DNA of 64,000 nucleotides. Origin: the human T2T-CHM13v2.0 reference genome, Homo sapiens. The notes below the pieces were generated by a model, which made no database searches, was not told where the DNA came from, and saw nothing but the letters and a program-made list of their open reading frames with translations. The DNA lies in assembly GCF_009914755.1 (NCBI RefSeq), contig NC_060946.1; one strand, given 5' to 3'. Positions 13,827 through 31,440 of the stretch are shown in pieces (the stretch's first letter is position 1; the number at the start of each line of letters is the position of its first letter). Position numbers and translations under genes: made by a program.

Positions 13827-14700
13827 TATAGGCAAAGTTGTTCTTTGTTGCTGTTGCCTTTAACACTGATCAGAATTGCTTGTCTTATTCTACGGGAAAA
13901 AGGATCAATCGCTTCATGGAGGTCAAGTAAGGGAAGCGCCAAGAACAAGCCCCATTAGGCTTTTAAGTACTGGGACCCAGCTCGATTCAGGTAACTACTG
14001 GGCTCCTATTTTTGGATGTAAACATTATACTTTATAAGACAAGATTTAATCCTCTGTGTTTAATTACATGTATGAAAAAAACAAAAATCAGCATTGCAAC
14101 TGGCCTAAAACACTCATATTTTAAAATAAGGTAGGCCAAGGGCAGCGTGAAAATCTTAGATCTCCTAAGAAAGGACTTCGCAATTTGGACCACCTCTCCT
14201 CTTGAAATCACCTACGAACATGAGACAAAATATTAAAGAATGTCTGTTTGAAGACACTGAAGTGGCTCCAGGCAAAACAGAGTTTCAGGCTCACGACCAA
14301 GGAAAAGACAGAATCTGCAAAACAGCGTGGCGTGTGCTTCCCTGCAAGGCCGTCAGCTGGTTCTGGAAGACACAGTGGAGGCTGAGCGTGCAGTCAGGTC
14401 ACGGCTGCCAGGTACCTGAAACCCCTGCCCTCCTTGGCACTCTTCAGCCCTATCAGCAGGTGGTACGACGCTCCATCAGTCGCCTGTGACCTAGAGTCTC
14501 AAGATGCCTAAAAGCTTTCTAGGTTCATGGGGCTGGAGGATTAAAAACTGGGGTTCATGGACTGCCAAGTGTTGTTCCTTGGCTTCTGGTTGGAACCCTG
14601 AGGGGTTTACACTAACGATAAAAACGAAAAAGAGCCACCTTTGCAGGACTGGAAGCCCAGCTTTGAACCACCTCAGTCTGTGACTGCATTAAACTCTGTG

Positions 14701-18370
<3,670 letters not shown>

Positions 18371-20049
18371 TTAAAGAACTCCAAAGTGAGCAGATCAGTG
18401 ATAAAAGTGATGTTATATCTACAAACAAAAGTGATATCCACAGGATGAACCTGTTTTATGGGAGGTAACTGAGAGTGTGTCCCCAGCTCTCAGTCAGAGA
18501 GGCATTCAGCAATCTCAAGGTTATCCCACCTGACAAGGTGGGTGGATTTTGGGTGCCCGAGAGCAATTATCCAAATTGCTTGGGCTGTGGGATTACAATG
18601 GAGTCTTCTTTGTCCCACCACAGTGGCAGGGGCACAGGAGACATCCTTTGAGGGACAGCCAAACTGCTGCTTTACGGAGCTCACAGGCCCACGGGAGGCC
18701 TGCAAGCTGATAATGGCAAGGAGAAATCCCCCAGAACCTTCGGTAACGTGTGGTTGACCGGCCTCTGCGAGCTGCCCTGGGGGCCTTCTGGGTGCCCAGT
18801 GGGGTCTGCAGCATCCCCTCAAGGCCACCCCTCCAGCCACCCAGACTTCCACAGGGAGGGCTGGCTGTAGTCCCTGGCAAAATTCCTAATCTGGGGATGA
18901 GCCCTCCATGATGTAATTACACAAACAGCACCGGAGTCTGTGGCTTCCAGCACCATTCCTACTGAAAGCGCACTTTTTTCCTACAGAGACCCCACTGCCA
19001 AATGACAACTTGCAAGCTCCAGTTCATCACCTGCATCCAACAGCCAATTTAATTTGTTCTGACAGTGAAACCACCACACAGAAAATACCATCCCCAGGCA
19101 GCACCGCACTTGCCAAGTTTTGGCCTGGAGCAAGCTTCTGGGGCTGCCTGGGAGACTCATGAAATTACAGGTTAACAAGGGCCCACAGGCCAGCTGTAAT
19201 CATCCCTGGCGCACACCACACCTTCCAGGCAATCCGAGAGGTCTGTGCTGGAAAATGCTCCCGAGCTGTGATGGGGAGGAACAGGAGGCTCCCTGTCCAG
19301 GCCTGAGCCCCTGCCCCACAGCCCCGACCCATCTCCTGAGCCCTCGCTGATCTGCTGAGGGACTGACCTCCACCAGCCTGCTGGGAGCACTCTCGGTCCT
19401 GCCCCCGCCACACTCCAACCAGGCACTCATGATGGGGAGGGCATGTGCTGGGCAGTCCCTCTGTCCACCCGCCAACCCTCATGCCAATCTTGGCTATACA
19501 GAACTGTTTCTAGATGGGCTGTCCTTAGGAGTGACAGAGAAGGGCCTGTGGCTGTCCCAGGAACCTGGGCAGGAAAAGAACCATAGGGTCCCTAGTGAAG
19601 AGCCTCTACGCCTCAGTTTCCCGTGTGTGGAACGAGAGCTTGGAGCAGGCACTCCGTAAAATCCATCTCACCTCTCACCATCTGACCTTAGCCCAGCTTC
19701 CCCTGATGCGGGATGGTGTCCAGGACACACTCGGCAGCAAAAGAAGGCCCAGAGCCCAACGGAGCAAAGGCAATAAGGCATGGCTCCGCCACGGCACACA
19801 GCTGATGGCGGAGGACACGCAGCCCAGACGCCGCTTTGGGAGGGACTTCCTGACCGCAGGAGCAGGGAGGGGGGGTCATCCTGGGAGAACAGGGTGAGTG
19901 TTCCCGTGTGGCCGACCCCAAGGCAGGAGAGGAGGCTAACCTAAGGGCAGCATCTCTGTGCGCTGAAGGGAGGTCAGGAGGGAGCCCCAGGCTCACTCTG
20001 GTTGGAGATAATGAACAACCAGAAGGAAGTCAGTGCTGCTCTGAGACCA

Positions 20050-20201
20050 TGTGCACCCAGGTCTCATCACATGGGTGCACACACATACATATACAGCCAC
20101 ATGCACACAGACATGCACAAATGTGCACGCATGGAGAGATGCACATACACAGACTGACATGCACACACACTTGCACGGAGATATGCGCACACACACACAC
20201 A
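20050..20201. repeat. Degenerate CA-rich tract (UG-rich in the pre-mRNA)
   Basis: cacacatacat...gcacacacacacac. Confidence 0.8.
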
Positions 20202-20221
20202 AACTTGGAGAAAAGCATAAG

Positions 20222-21597
<1,376 letters not shown>

Positions 21598-21855
21598 TAG
21601 AGGGAGACCAGAACTGCCGCTGAGCTCTGCTGGGCCCCAGGGTTGGCCCAGCCCCATGCTCCCTCGCTGTCTCCGCCTCCCAGAGGAAAGAAAGGGCTGA
21701 TATTCCCCTTCCCCCTCTTCGGAGAACCCCAGGGGCGGGCGCCGGAGGAAGGGCGAGTAGCAGGTGCCCGAGTGTGCACCAGGAAGCCCAGCGCCTGGGT
21801 CCCTCCCTCGGGCACCCACCTAGCAGGTGCCTTGGTGGCACGGGGCCCCAGTCAC

Positions 21856-22022
21856 CTGGAGGCGAAAGCTGGTGGGCCCACCACTGGTGGCCTCCATCAG
21901 AACGCTGTCCTCCTTCCGGGTCCGGAACATGAGCCCCAGGTACCAGGGCACAGAGATGATGATGTTCAGGTCACTCCAGGACACGACGCTCTCACCGCTG
22001 AAGAGCTGGGGGTGAGGCATGG
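21856..22022 (-). CDS. CELSR1: Exon 9 (167 nt): start of LamG2 (AMPHPQLFSGESVVSW...SFRLQ)
   Basis: Acceptor ccgcag|CC, donor CAG|gtgact. Confidence 0.95.
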
Positions 22023-22614
22023 CTGCGGACACAGGCCCAGGGACCTCAGGTGTCTCCCGAAATCACACGGCCGCGGACTTGGCTGCAGGGGCGGGGGATG
22101 GGCCTGCAGGCTAGGCCTGGGCCTTTTTCACTTTAACACGAAGGTGGGTCTGAGCCTCCCCTCTGTGACGCATCCAGCCCTCACAGTCAGCCACGTGGGC
22201 TCCAGAGAAGCGCACCCTGGGACGTGAGCCTCCTTGCTGGGAAGCATGAAGATCTGCAGGCTCCCAGCCACAGATGGGCGTGGTAAGGGGCTCTCAGGCT
22301 TGACAGGAGGCAGACGGGGGCGGGTTCAGGATCCCTGGGCTCCGTGGCTGGGGTGCTGGGGCTGGGCTCTGCCGGCCCAGCCTACCTGTCCCACCCCACA
22401 CCTGAGGGACTGGGGACCCCAGAAGCAGGAGCAGGGGCTCTGCGGAGGACAGTCTCTTGGAGAGGGCGGTGTGAGTCCACAGTAAATGCAGCATATACCA
22501 CCAGAGGCTGCCGGACCTGGATGTGAAGCCCCCTCACGGTGGTCCCGGGCACATCAAGGAGCAATGCCTCCCAGGCCGCCGTGACCGGGGGGATGGACGA
22601 CGCCGGCCACTCAC

Positions 22615-22740
22615 CTTGCTCACAGTTCTTCCCGCCGAATCGGAGTGGACACTCACACAGATACATATTCCACCTGTTGACACAGGTGCCTCCATTCTGA
22701 CACCGCCTCCCATCGCAGAAGTTCCTCCGAGCAGCGCAGC
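22615..22740 (-). CDS. CELSR1: Exon 8 (126 nt): EGF-like repeat (CAARRNFCDGRRCQNGGTC...KNCEQ)
   Basis: Acceptor tgccag|GC, donor G|gtgagt; symmetric phase 1-1. Confidence 0.96.
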
Positions 22741-23256
22741 CTGGCAACACAGAGCGTGCGGCAGAGCCTGACTCGGAGGAACCGCCCGGGGTCCCCGGCG
22801 CCAGACGTGGCGTGGGAAACCAGGACGGAATGGACCCGGGGCTGGACAGAAGTCAGACCAGGTCTGAACGCCCCTGGCAACGGCAGGAACATGGGAACTA
22901 AGAAGGTGCTGAACGCACTGACCACATTTGGAGATGCTGGGACGCCAGGCCATCACGGCAGCCGGCCTGGTCACCTGGTGACACATATGCAAGACCCTAG
23001 GATCATGTGCGCCTCGGGTTAGCTGGCTGGGCCAGCAGTGCCAAGGCAACCCCAAACTGCAGATGCAGGAACTGCGGAGATGCACATCTCCAGCCTGGAC
23101 TCCGGGTTCCATCCCAGGAGCTGCCCACCGCTGGACACATACATTTCTAAGAAAAACACGGCTCCCCAGGGATCTGCAAGCAGTGACCTCTGTGTGGCTG
23201 CCGACGTCCAGCCAGATGCCACTGCGGCAGCTCCGACGCCTGACGGCCACCCGTAC

Positions 23257-23420
23257 CTTCCCGGGTGCCATTGTTGGCGATGAATCCGGCCATGTCCACA
23301 TTTTTGCCGTCGACTGACAGGTTCCGCATGCAGCCCACGAACTGCCGGTTGTGCACTGGGAAGTCTTCTGGCAGGTTGGGGACACCCCCCAGGAGTAGAG
23401 GGCCGGTCAGATCCAGGGAC
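23257..23420 (-). CDS. CELSR1: Exon 7 (164 nt): end of LamG1 (SLDLTGPLLLGGVP...NNGTREG)
   Basis: Acceptor acccag|G, donor G|gtacgg; contains the LamG FVGCMRNL motif. Confidence 0.95.
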
Positions 23421-23814
23421 CTGGGTAGGTAAAGCCATCTTCTGTGACGTCAGGGCGGGGAGAGGCGGCCACGGCGGGCTGGGCTCCGCAGTTGCCTCTG
23501 TGTAGCCTCTACCACCATAACTACTTCAGAAACCAAGCAGACAGGCGGGGAGAGGCCAAAGTCAGAGGGGGCTCCTGTGTCTGGTGCCGCCACTGCCTCC
23601 GTTTGCTCACACTTGTGTTCAGTCCTGACGATCTGGGTGTTTCACGCTCACCAGTGACCACCAAGCCCCGCCCACCCAGGCTGGTCCACACCGAGACAGG
23701 ATGTGAGCGCAGGGAGCACAGGTCAAGGCCAGCAGGGACTATACTTTACCCTTGCCTCTGAGACCTTCTAGGAAAAGGAAGGGCCTTGAAAGGAGGCCAG
23801 AAGAAAATGAGAAC

Positions 23815-24085
23815 CCAGCACTTTGGGAGGCTGAGGCGGGCAGATCACGAGGTCAAGAGATCGAGACCATCCTGGCCAACAGGATGGTGTCTACTAAAAA
23901 TACAAAAATTAGCTGGGCATGGTGGTGCATGCCTGTAGTCCCAGCTACTCGGGAGGCTGTGGCAGGAGGATGGCTTGAGTCCAGGAGGTCAAGGCTTCAG
24001 TGAGCTAGAATCGTGCCACTGCACTCCAGCCTGGGCAACAGAGCGAGACCCCATCTCAGAAAAAAACAAAACAACAACAAAAAAA
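23815..24085 (+). mobile_element. 5'-truncated chimeric Alu (AluSc-like left arm, AluJ-like right arm)
   Basis: Left arm gatcacgaggtcaagagatcgagaccatcc; right arm ggaggatggcttgagtccaggaggtcaagg. Confidence 0.75.
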
Positions 24086-24460
24086 CATAAGCCTCTGGGA
24101 CCAGCTGGCTGACACAGTGCTTCACTTAACAGAGTCCTGGAGTCCCAGGTACCAGAATTTGTGGGGACAAAGCCAGTGATCCGTGGAGATGGGGCTGGAG
24201 ACCGTCTCGGGGTCTGCAAGCTGGCCATCACAACCCTGGGGTCGGCCTGGCCACTCTTGACACATACTTAGGGAGACTTATTCTAGAAGGTCAGAGGGAA
24301 GGTGCCCCAACCATGGACAGGATGTCTGACTCTAGCCTGGAATGAGGTCGCCAGGGCACTGCACCCAGAGTGCCTACGTGGGGCCCTGCCCTGGGAAGGC
24401 CGCAGGGTGAGCATGTTTGGGGGTACGGACCCCCAGGGCCTCCCCTCCTGGGATGCTCAC

Positions 24461-24618
24461 TTCTTGGAGCCGGTCTGAGTGCCCTGGGCAGCGCAGCTGT
24501 AGTTCCCGATGTCCTTTCCAAAGCGCACAGCCATGGTTGTGTCACAATCATCCACTGTCACCACGGCCATCTTTTCCCCGGACGGCCCATGGGGCAGGCC
24601 CAGGTGGCCAATATTGGG
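24461..24618 (-). CDS. CELSR1: Exon 6 (158 nt): LamG1 (PNIGHLGLPHGPSGEK...TQTGSKK)
   Basis: Acceptor cttacag|CCC, donor AA|gtgagc; translated by hand because this frame is absent from the ORF track. Confidence 0.95.
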
Positions 24619-24776
24619 CTGTAAGAAGAGAAAGCACAGAAGGTGTCAGCGTTTTCTCCACCAGTGCCCTCAGCAGGCGCACCTGTCACTCATAGAGCGA
24701 GGAGGACATGGCACAGGGTGGGCGGCACGTAGACAAGGGATGAGGAGCCCCCGGCCTTTAGTTCCCCAAACTAGCT

Positions 24777-25194
24777 GTGCTGGGCTGCTCAATGCCCCCT
24801 CAAGTTCTGCTTCCCAGAATCTCAGAACGTGGCCTGGTCTGGACAAAGAGCTGGTGCTGATGGAATTAGCTAAGATGCGGACGTCCTGGAGTAGGCGGGC
24901 CCTGATCCAAGATGACTGGTGTCCTCTTAAGAGGACAGATGCTGAGATGCAAAGGCACACAGGGAGAAGCTGCGTGACCGCGGAGGCAGCTGCTGGAGCA
25001 GCTGTTTACAAGCCAAGGGCCACCTGGGCCACCAACAGCTAGGAAAAGGCAGGAAGGGTCCTCCCCTTCAGCCTTCGGAGGAGGCACGGCCCTACCCGCG
25101 CCTTGACTTCTAGGCACCAGACTGAGAGAGAATCATGTCTGTTGTTTGAGCCACCCTGTCCGTGGTACTTTGTGATGGTGGCCCCAGGAAATGA
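24777..25194. mobile_element. MaLR solo LTR (MLT1B/C-like)
   Basis: Typical motifs: gggccctgatccaagatgactggtgtcctcttaaga and ctgttgtttgagccacc...gtggtactttgt. Confidence 0.75.
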
Positions 25195-27354
25195 AGTTGC
25201 AGCCAACACCCAAGTCCTGGGGCCCCTCCTGTGAACACCCGCTTCTGCTCTTCTGGGGGTGTCCTCCTGACCACGGCGCCTGGCCAGGTTCGTGCTCCTG
25301 GAGTACAGACACCAGGAGGCCACTGCCCGGCCTGCAGACGGCCCCACATCTCCCCTCTAAGGCGTGGAACTCCCTCTCTGGGCCAGGATTGGGTACAAGA
25401 GTTCTTCTGGAATCAGTGACCTTGGGTGAAACCTTTCCCTTCTCCAAGAGACTGTGGTTTGCCATCCGGGGACGAGCCCACTTTCCCCAGACAGCCCTCG
25501 CAGGTCTCAGCTCCTGGTCAGTCCCTCCCAGGACACGAAGCATATCCACCCAGCCAGCCTCAGACGCCCTTCCAGGAGGAAAAGCAGCACCCGCCCTACA
25601 CAATCCATGCTGGCCACGGAACTTAAGCATGTGGGTCTCAAAGTTCCAGAAACACAGTTGGTGCCAGCTCCAACCGGGACAGGCAACAGAATGTCTTTCA
25701 TCTGCACAACCTGGATAACAAGACCTACATCCCACAGGTGGCCGTGACGATGAGCCAGGAGATCGCCAGGCAAGTGCCACCATGCCCCACAATTGGCACA
25801 CAATGCGCAGCAGAGCCTCCCCCTCCACCCCAGAGAGAACCTTTTCTTCCAGTCCCAGCAGGGTCCCTCCCACCACCCCTATAAAGGATGGGTTCGATGC
25901 CTCCTCCTGATAGTTCTGGGGTCAGTTTGAGTTTATAGCATGATACAATCTCATGCTTCTTTATAAAACGTGGAAATAGATCGTTGTAAAAACGTAGAAT
26001 TTAATTAAATCATCCTCAGTGCCTTTTAATAGGAAAATAACAACCACATAGTTCATTCAAAAATAAATCTTCAGTTTTTAATAGGAACAAAGTATCTATT
26101 TTGATCAGGGAAACGAGGCTGAAAAGCAGGACACACAACTGGAAACAGGAGCTCAGCCAGATGGCCAAGTTGCATGACTTCTGGGGACCCTGGACACCCA
26201 GGCAGCACGCCCTGCCTGGAGTTGTGCAGTGGGCAGCCTGCACAACTGTATGTGGCCACCCCAGCTGAGGCTTCTCCTCCCTCTTATCCAATCATCTAAC
26301 GTGAGTGAGACCCATGACTGTACCTCAATTTCTTTTTGTGCAAGATAACGATTTACTATTAGAACACACGTCCTCTCTGTGTTACAGGGAATTGAGGATG
26401 ATATCAACAGAGATACGTGAGTTTCCCACACGCCCTTGTCTGTAAATCCAAGGGAGGCTTCTACCATGACCCCTGGTATTCGAATGCATGGATCACCTTT
26501 TTCATTTTTCTTTTACATCAGCTGATGAAATCACAAGGTCTGATAAGCTGTCTCCTTAAAGACTCCACTTTTGGTTAAGCAACAGGTAGGCGAGTGCATT
26601 AAAAATCATCTGTTTTCTCGCTGTGTAACGCGGCCCACTTTGGAAAACGCGTGGAAGTGCCCATTATGGGACGCTTAAATGTGAGATGCGATCCCAGGGA
26701 AAGGAGAACCTCCCCTCACTTTGTGAGCCCCACCTTATCTTTACAACTTATAATTTACATTTTTGGGGCTGGGCGTGAGACTGCTGGAGGAAGGGCGTAA
26801 GTAGCATTTACACTGGGAAGGCTTTCATGACATTAAGCTACTGTTTACAAAACTGCAGTTGCTGTAAACTGCTGCTGGTAATCAATGGCTCAGAGCTACG
26901 GATTCAAGCAAAAAACAGCAGGATAAAGAAAGCTGGAGGCAAAAGACAAAGCCAATGCAATCCACGCTTGTTTTTCGAGTGGCACTGACTCATGTGAGAC
27001 ACCCACTGCTAGGACACCTGACTTCAGTCTGGCCTTCGTGAATCAGAGCAGCAGGCACAGGGCGTTTAGGAAACGGTCTCTGATAGACAGCGCCCAGGAT
27101 GTGCTGCTCGATTCTGACTCCCAGAGACACCCACCGGCGGCCACTGGGTCAAAAGTAACAGCACTTTTGGCGAAAGAGCCGAATGTTCTCAGGTGGAGAG
27201 CTGGAAGAACCAGCAGGAGGGCTGCACAGAGGAGCGGGGGGATCTGTGGGGTCTGAGGTCCCTGCTGCTCGGAGGAGAAATCACAGCATCCCGATGGCCC
27301 ATCCCTCTCCTGTCACCCCTGAATAGGTGCTGAGTGAGGCTCTGGTTTAAAATG

Positions 27355-27553
27355 CCCGCCTCTCGGCGAGTGTGGGTTTAACGCGCAGGCTAACCGTCCA
27401 CTCTCCCGCCTCTCGGCGAGTGTGGGTTTAACGCGCAGGCTAACCGTCCACTCTCCCGCCTCTCGGCGAGTGTGGGTTAAACGCGCAGGCTAACCGTCCA
27501 CTCTCCCGCCTCTCGGCGAGTGTGGGTTTAACGCGCAGGCTAACCGTCCACTC
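27355..27553. repeat. 50-bp CpG-rich tandem repeat, ~4 near-identical copies
   Basis: Unit tctcggcgagtgtgggtttaacgcgcaggctaaccgtccactctcccgcc; one copy has a T>A change. Confidence 0.97.
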
Positions 27554-27639
27554 CGCAGTTGAGGCCAGCAAGTGTCACGGAGGCAGGGAGTGCATGGACA
27601 CGGTGCTGTGGGTGACCTGAGACGCACAGACGGGGGTCC

Positions 27640-28530
<891 letters not shown>

Positions 28531-29013
28531 AAATTAAAAAAAAAAAAAGATTCCTGGGTGGGCATCCCCCCTCACCAGTCCCCTGCCACTCTCCACCTGA
28601 AGAACTTTCGGGAAGATCCTTCCAATTTTTCCCTGACATGGAGAGAAAATGCATTATTTGGCCTTCCTGCCAGGTGGCTATGAGTGATAAAACGCAGTCA
28701 GAGAGGTGAACATTCTCCAGGAGGGGTCGAGAGGCGCATGGACAATTACACAGGCGGCTTGAATAGGGATAAGTGAAAACAGCAGCAGATGTGTGTGATC
28801 TGGGCTCAGATCATCCATTTTTGTCAAAGGAAGACAAAGTGCGTCTCCGCTGAAAGGCCGGCGTGGAGCACGAGGCGGCGGCAGAGAAAAGACTACGTGG
28901 TGGTAACAGCTCCCGACTGTGGGGTGGCGTGTCCGCCCCTGAGTTTTCCAGCCAGGAAAAGCACTTGGTGGCTTGGCTGGGTCACAGCTGACGATGAATG
29001 GTACAGGTTTCGC

Positions 29014-29030
29014 GGGGGGGGGGGGGGGGG
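29014..29030 (+). repeat. G17 homopolymer
   Basis: Counted directly. Confidence 0.9.
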
Positions 29031-31116
29031 CGGATAAGGAATGAGACAGACGAACCGCCTCCTCACATTTCTAAGAGGAATTTTTAAAGTTTGCCACATA
29101 TTTATACAAAAGAAAAAGACAGCGTGGGAATGAAGGGGGCCACAGGGTTGTGTCTGAGTTTTTTCTCAATTCTTGTGTTGGAAAGCGCCGGGCACAGGAT
29201 GGGCCAAGGCCAGCACGGTGGAGGCCCCAGCGCCCCGGCACCTGCCCTTCCAGGGCTCAGCTGGGTACTGCGCAGCAGCCGGCCAGGCCCAGAGGACCGC
29301 CCCCAACCCCCGCACCAACACCCCTTGCAGGAAAGGCAATTCCCAGGCCTCGCTTCCAGGACATAAAGCTCAGTAGCTGGACCTGGTCACTCAGGCCGAG
29401 CAAGGCAGGCAGCGCACACAGTGACTGGAGACAGCAGGGGCTGCCCACGGTACCTCTACACCCCTCGGCGGGCAACCCTGGCCAGCACAGGCTCCCTGGG
29501 GCAGGCGGAAACAGAGCCAGCAAGGAAAAGCCACATGCTCACTCCTGCAGCCACCTGAGAAAAAACCTACAGTGCCGCTGAGCACTGCAAGGAGTGGCCC
29601 AGAAGCACTAAGCTGTGCAGATCCGGATTCCTGCTCCAGGAGTCATCCCTGGGGTCCAGCCTCTTCTTATTTTCCTTCGAGGTATTTTCTTCCCTGCGTG
29701 CAGGCCCTCCTCCTTGGCTTCCACTCAGCCGCTCTACGCAGTGCTGGGAGTTTCTGTGTGCGCACAAAAGCATTTGGTCCTTACGAAGTGCTCACATTTC
29801 TCCAGCCTTTTAACCTGCTGCAGACGATTCTGCATTGGGAGGCCGGTGGGGGTACGGTTTCAATGCTGGGGAAGGTAGCAGGGGAAGGCGGTGTGGGGGG
29901 GTGGGAGGGGCACGTCTTAGGAAATGAATGAATTCATGCTCTGTGTCAGAAATGATTAACCAACGTTCATATCAAAGAATTCACAGATGGCTGGACCTCA
30001 GGAATGTCTGTACAGAGTCAAACTGCAGCGCTGAACGTTCCATGCTGTCATTTCTCAAGATGACAAAGTTCAGGCCTGTCTGGCCGACAAATGCCCCAGG
30101 AAATGTGGGCAAGACCCCGTGCCAGTTCTGGCATGGAGACGACAAGCTCTCCCTCGGAGGCAGCCACTGCAGTTCTCCGAAGCTGCTTGGGAAAGTGGTG
30201 GGAAGGGTCACGAGGAGCAAATTCACGCAGATGCACGCAGCCTTCCAGAATTCAAACTGGCCTCCCAGGAGCCTCGGACAGGACTTTGCCAGAATGCAAA
30301 CCTCAGACCGAGCTGCTACTTCCTGGTGGTCCCAATACCCCTAGGCAGGTAACAGGATCCTGTTCCGCCAGGTAGCCACCCTCTACACAGGGGCTGCCGG
30401 CTGCTTTTGATGACCTGGCTCGAAGGGTGCGGTATTCCCCCAGGGCTGTCAGCAGCGAACCGTCTGGAAGCCCAACTGAGCCACTGGGCCACCGGGTGGG
30501 GAGGGCAGCTCCACACTATCCCAGGTTGTAAGGGGAACTCAAGTTCCTCTGCCCAACTCTGGCTGAGGGGGACAGGTGCTCCTGAATCCCTCACCTGCCA
30601 GGGACCTGGGGCAGAAGACATACTCTATGAGCCTAGGCAGACTCTTCTAGAAAGGGGGTAAGTGCATAGCTGCTATCTCTAGGGCTGTTTGGGAATGAAA
30701 TGAAAGGACGGATCTGAAACTGTGCAGTGTCTGAGCTGGCGTGGCTGATATTACTATCATCCTCATTCTCAACTCAGAGTCCAGCTGGGCGGGCCCAAGG
30801 CCGGCGGGGGGCTCACAGGACAGCAGTGTCCACAGCATCCAATGGACATCACCTCCTTAAAGCCAAGGGTCCATATCCTGCCCCTACTTGGGAAAGTCAC
30901 ATGACTTCCCTGCATGCCAGGACTTGGCTGTACAACTGGGGGTAAAAATAGCATCTTCCTCGTGGGACGACATGAATGACATGTGTGAAGTGCTTGCAGC
31001 CATGCCTGCTATTGTTACTTCTTGAAAAGATGTGAAGAAAAGCAAAATAACATGCAAGTGGTTTTCTCAAGTTTTGCTGTTTTAATACTTCCCTATATTA
31101 AAATAACATAATACAG

Positions 31117-31440
31117 GGGCTGAACGCAGTGGCTCACGCCTGTAATCCCAGCACTTTGGGAGGCCGAGGTGGGCGGATCACTTGCAGTCAGGAGTTTGCG
31201 ACCAGCCTGACCAACAAGGTGAAACCCCATCTCTACTGAAAAAATACAAAAAAAATTAGCCAGGCATGGTGGTGGGGGCCTGTAATCCCAGCTACTTGGG
31301 TGGCTGAGGTGGAAAATCGCTTGAACCCGGGAGACGGAGGTTGCAGTGGGCCGAGATTGTACAACTACACTCCAGCCTGGGCGACAGAGCAAGATTCCGC
31401 CTCAGAATAAATAAATAAATTAAAATAAAATATAACATAA
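31117..31440 (+). mobile_element. AluS
   Basis: Full dimer. Confidence 0.9.

Noticed and set aside
22534-23385. 283-aa minus-strand ORF across exon 7, intron 7 and exon 8
   Set aside because: Non-ATG start, shifted frame of GC-rich sequence and no recognisable domain. In the CELSR1 frame intron 7 has a stop at 23147.
27355-27553. Regular repeats resembling a CRISPR array
   Set aside because: No unique spacers; it is a head-to-tail VNTR in a primate intron.
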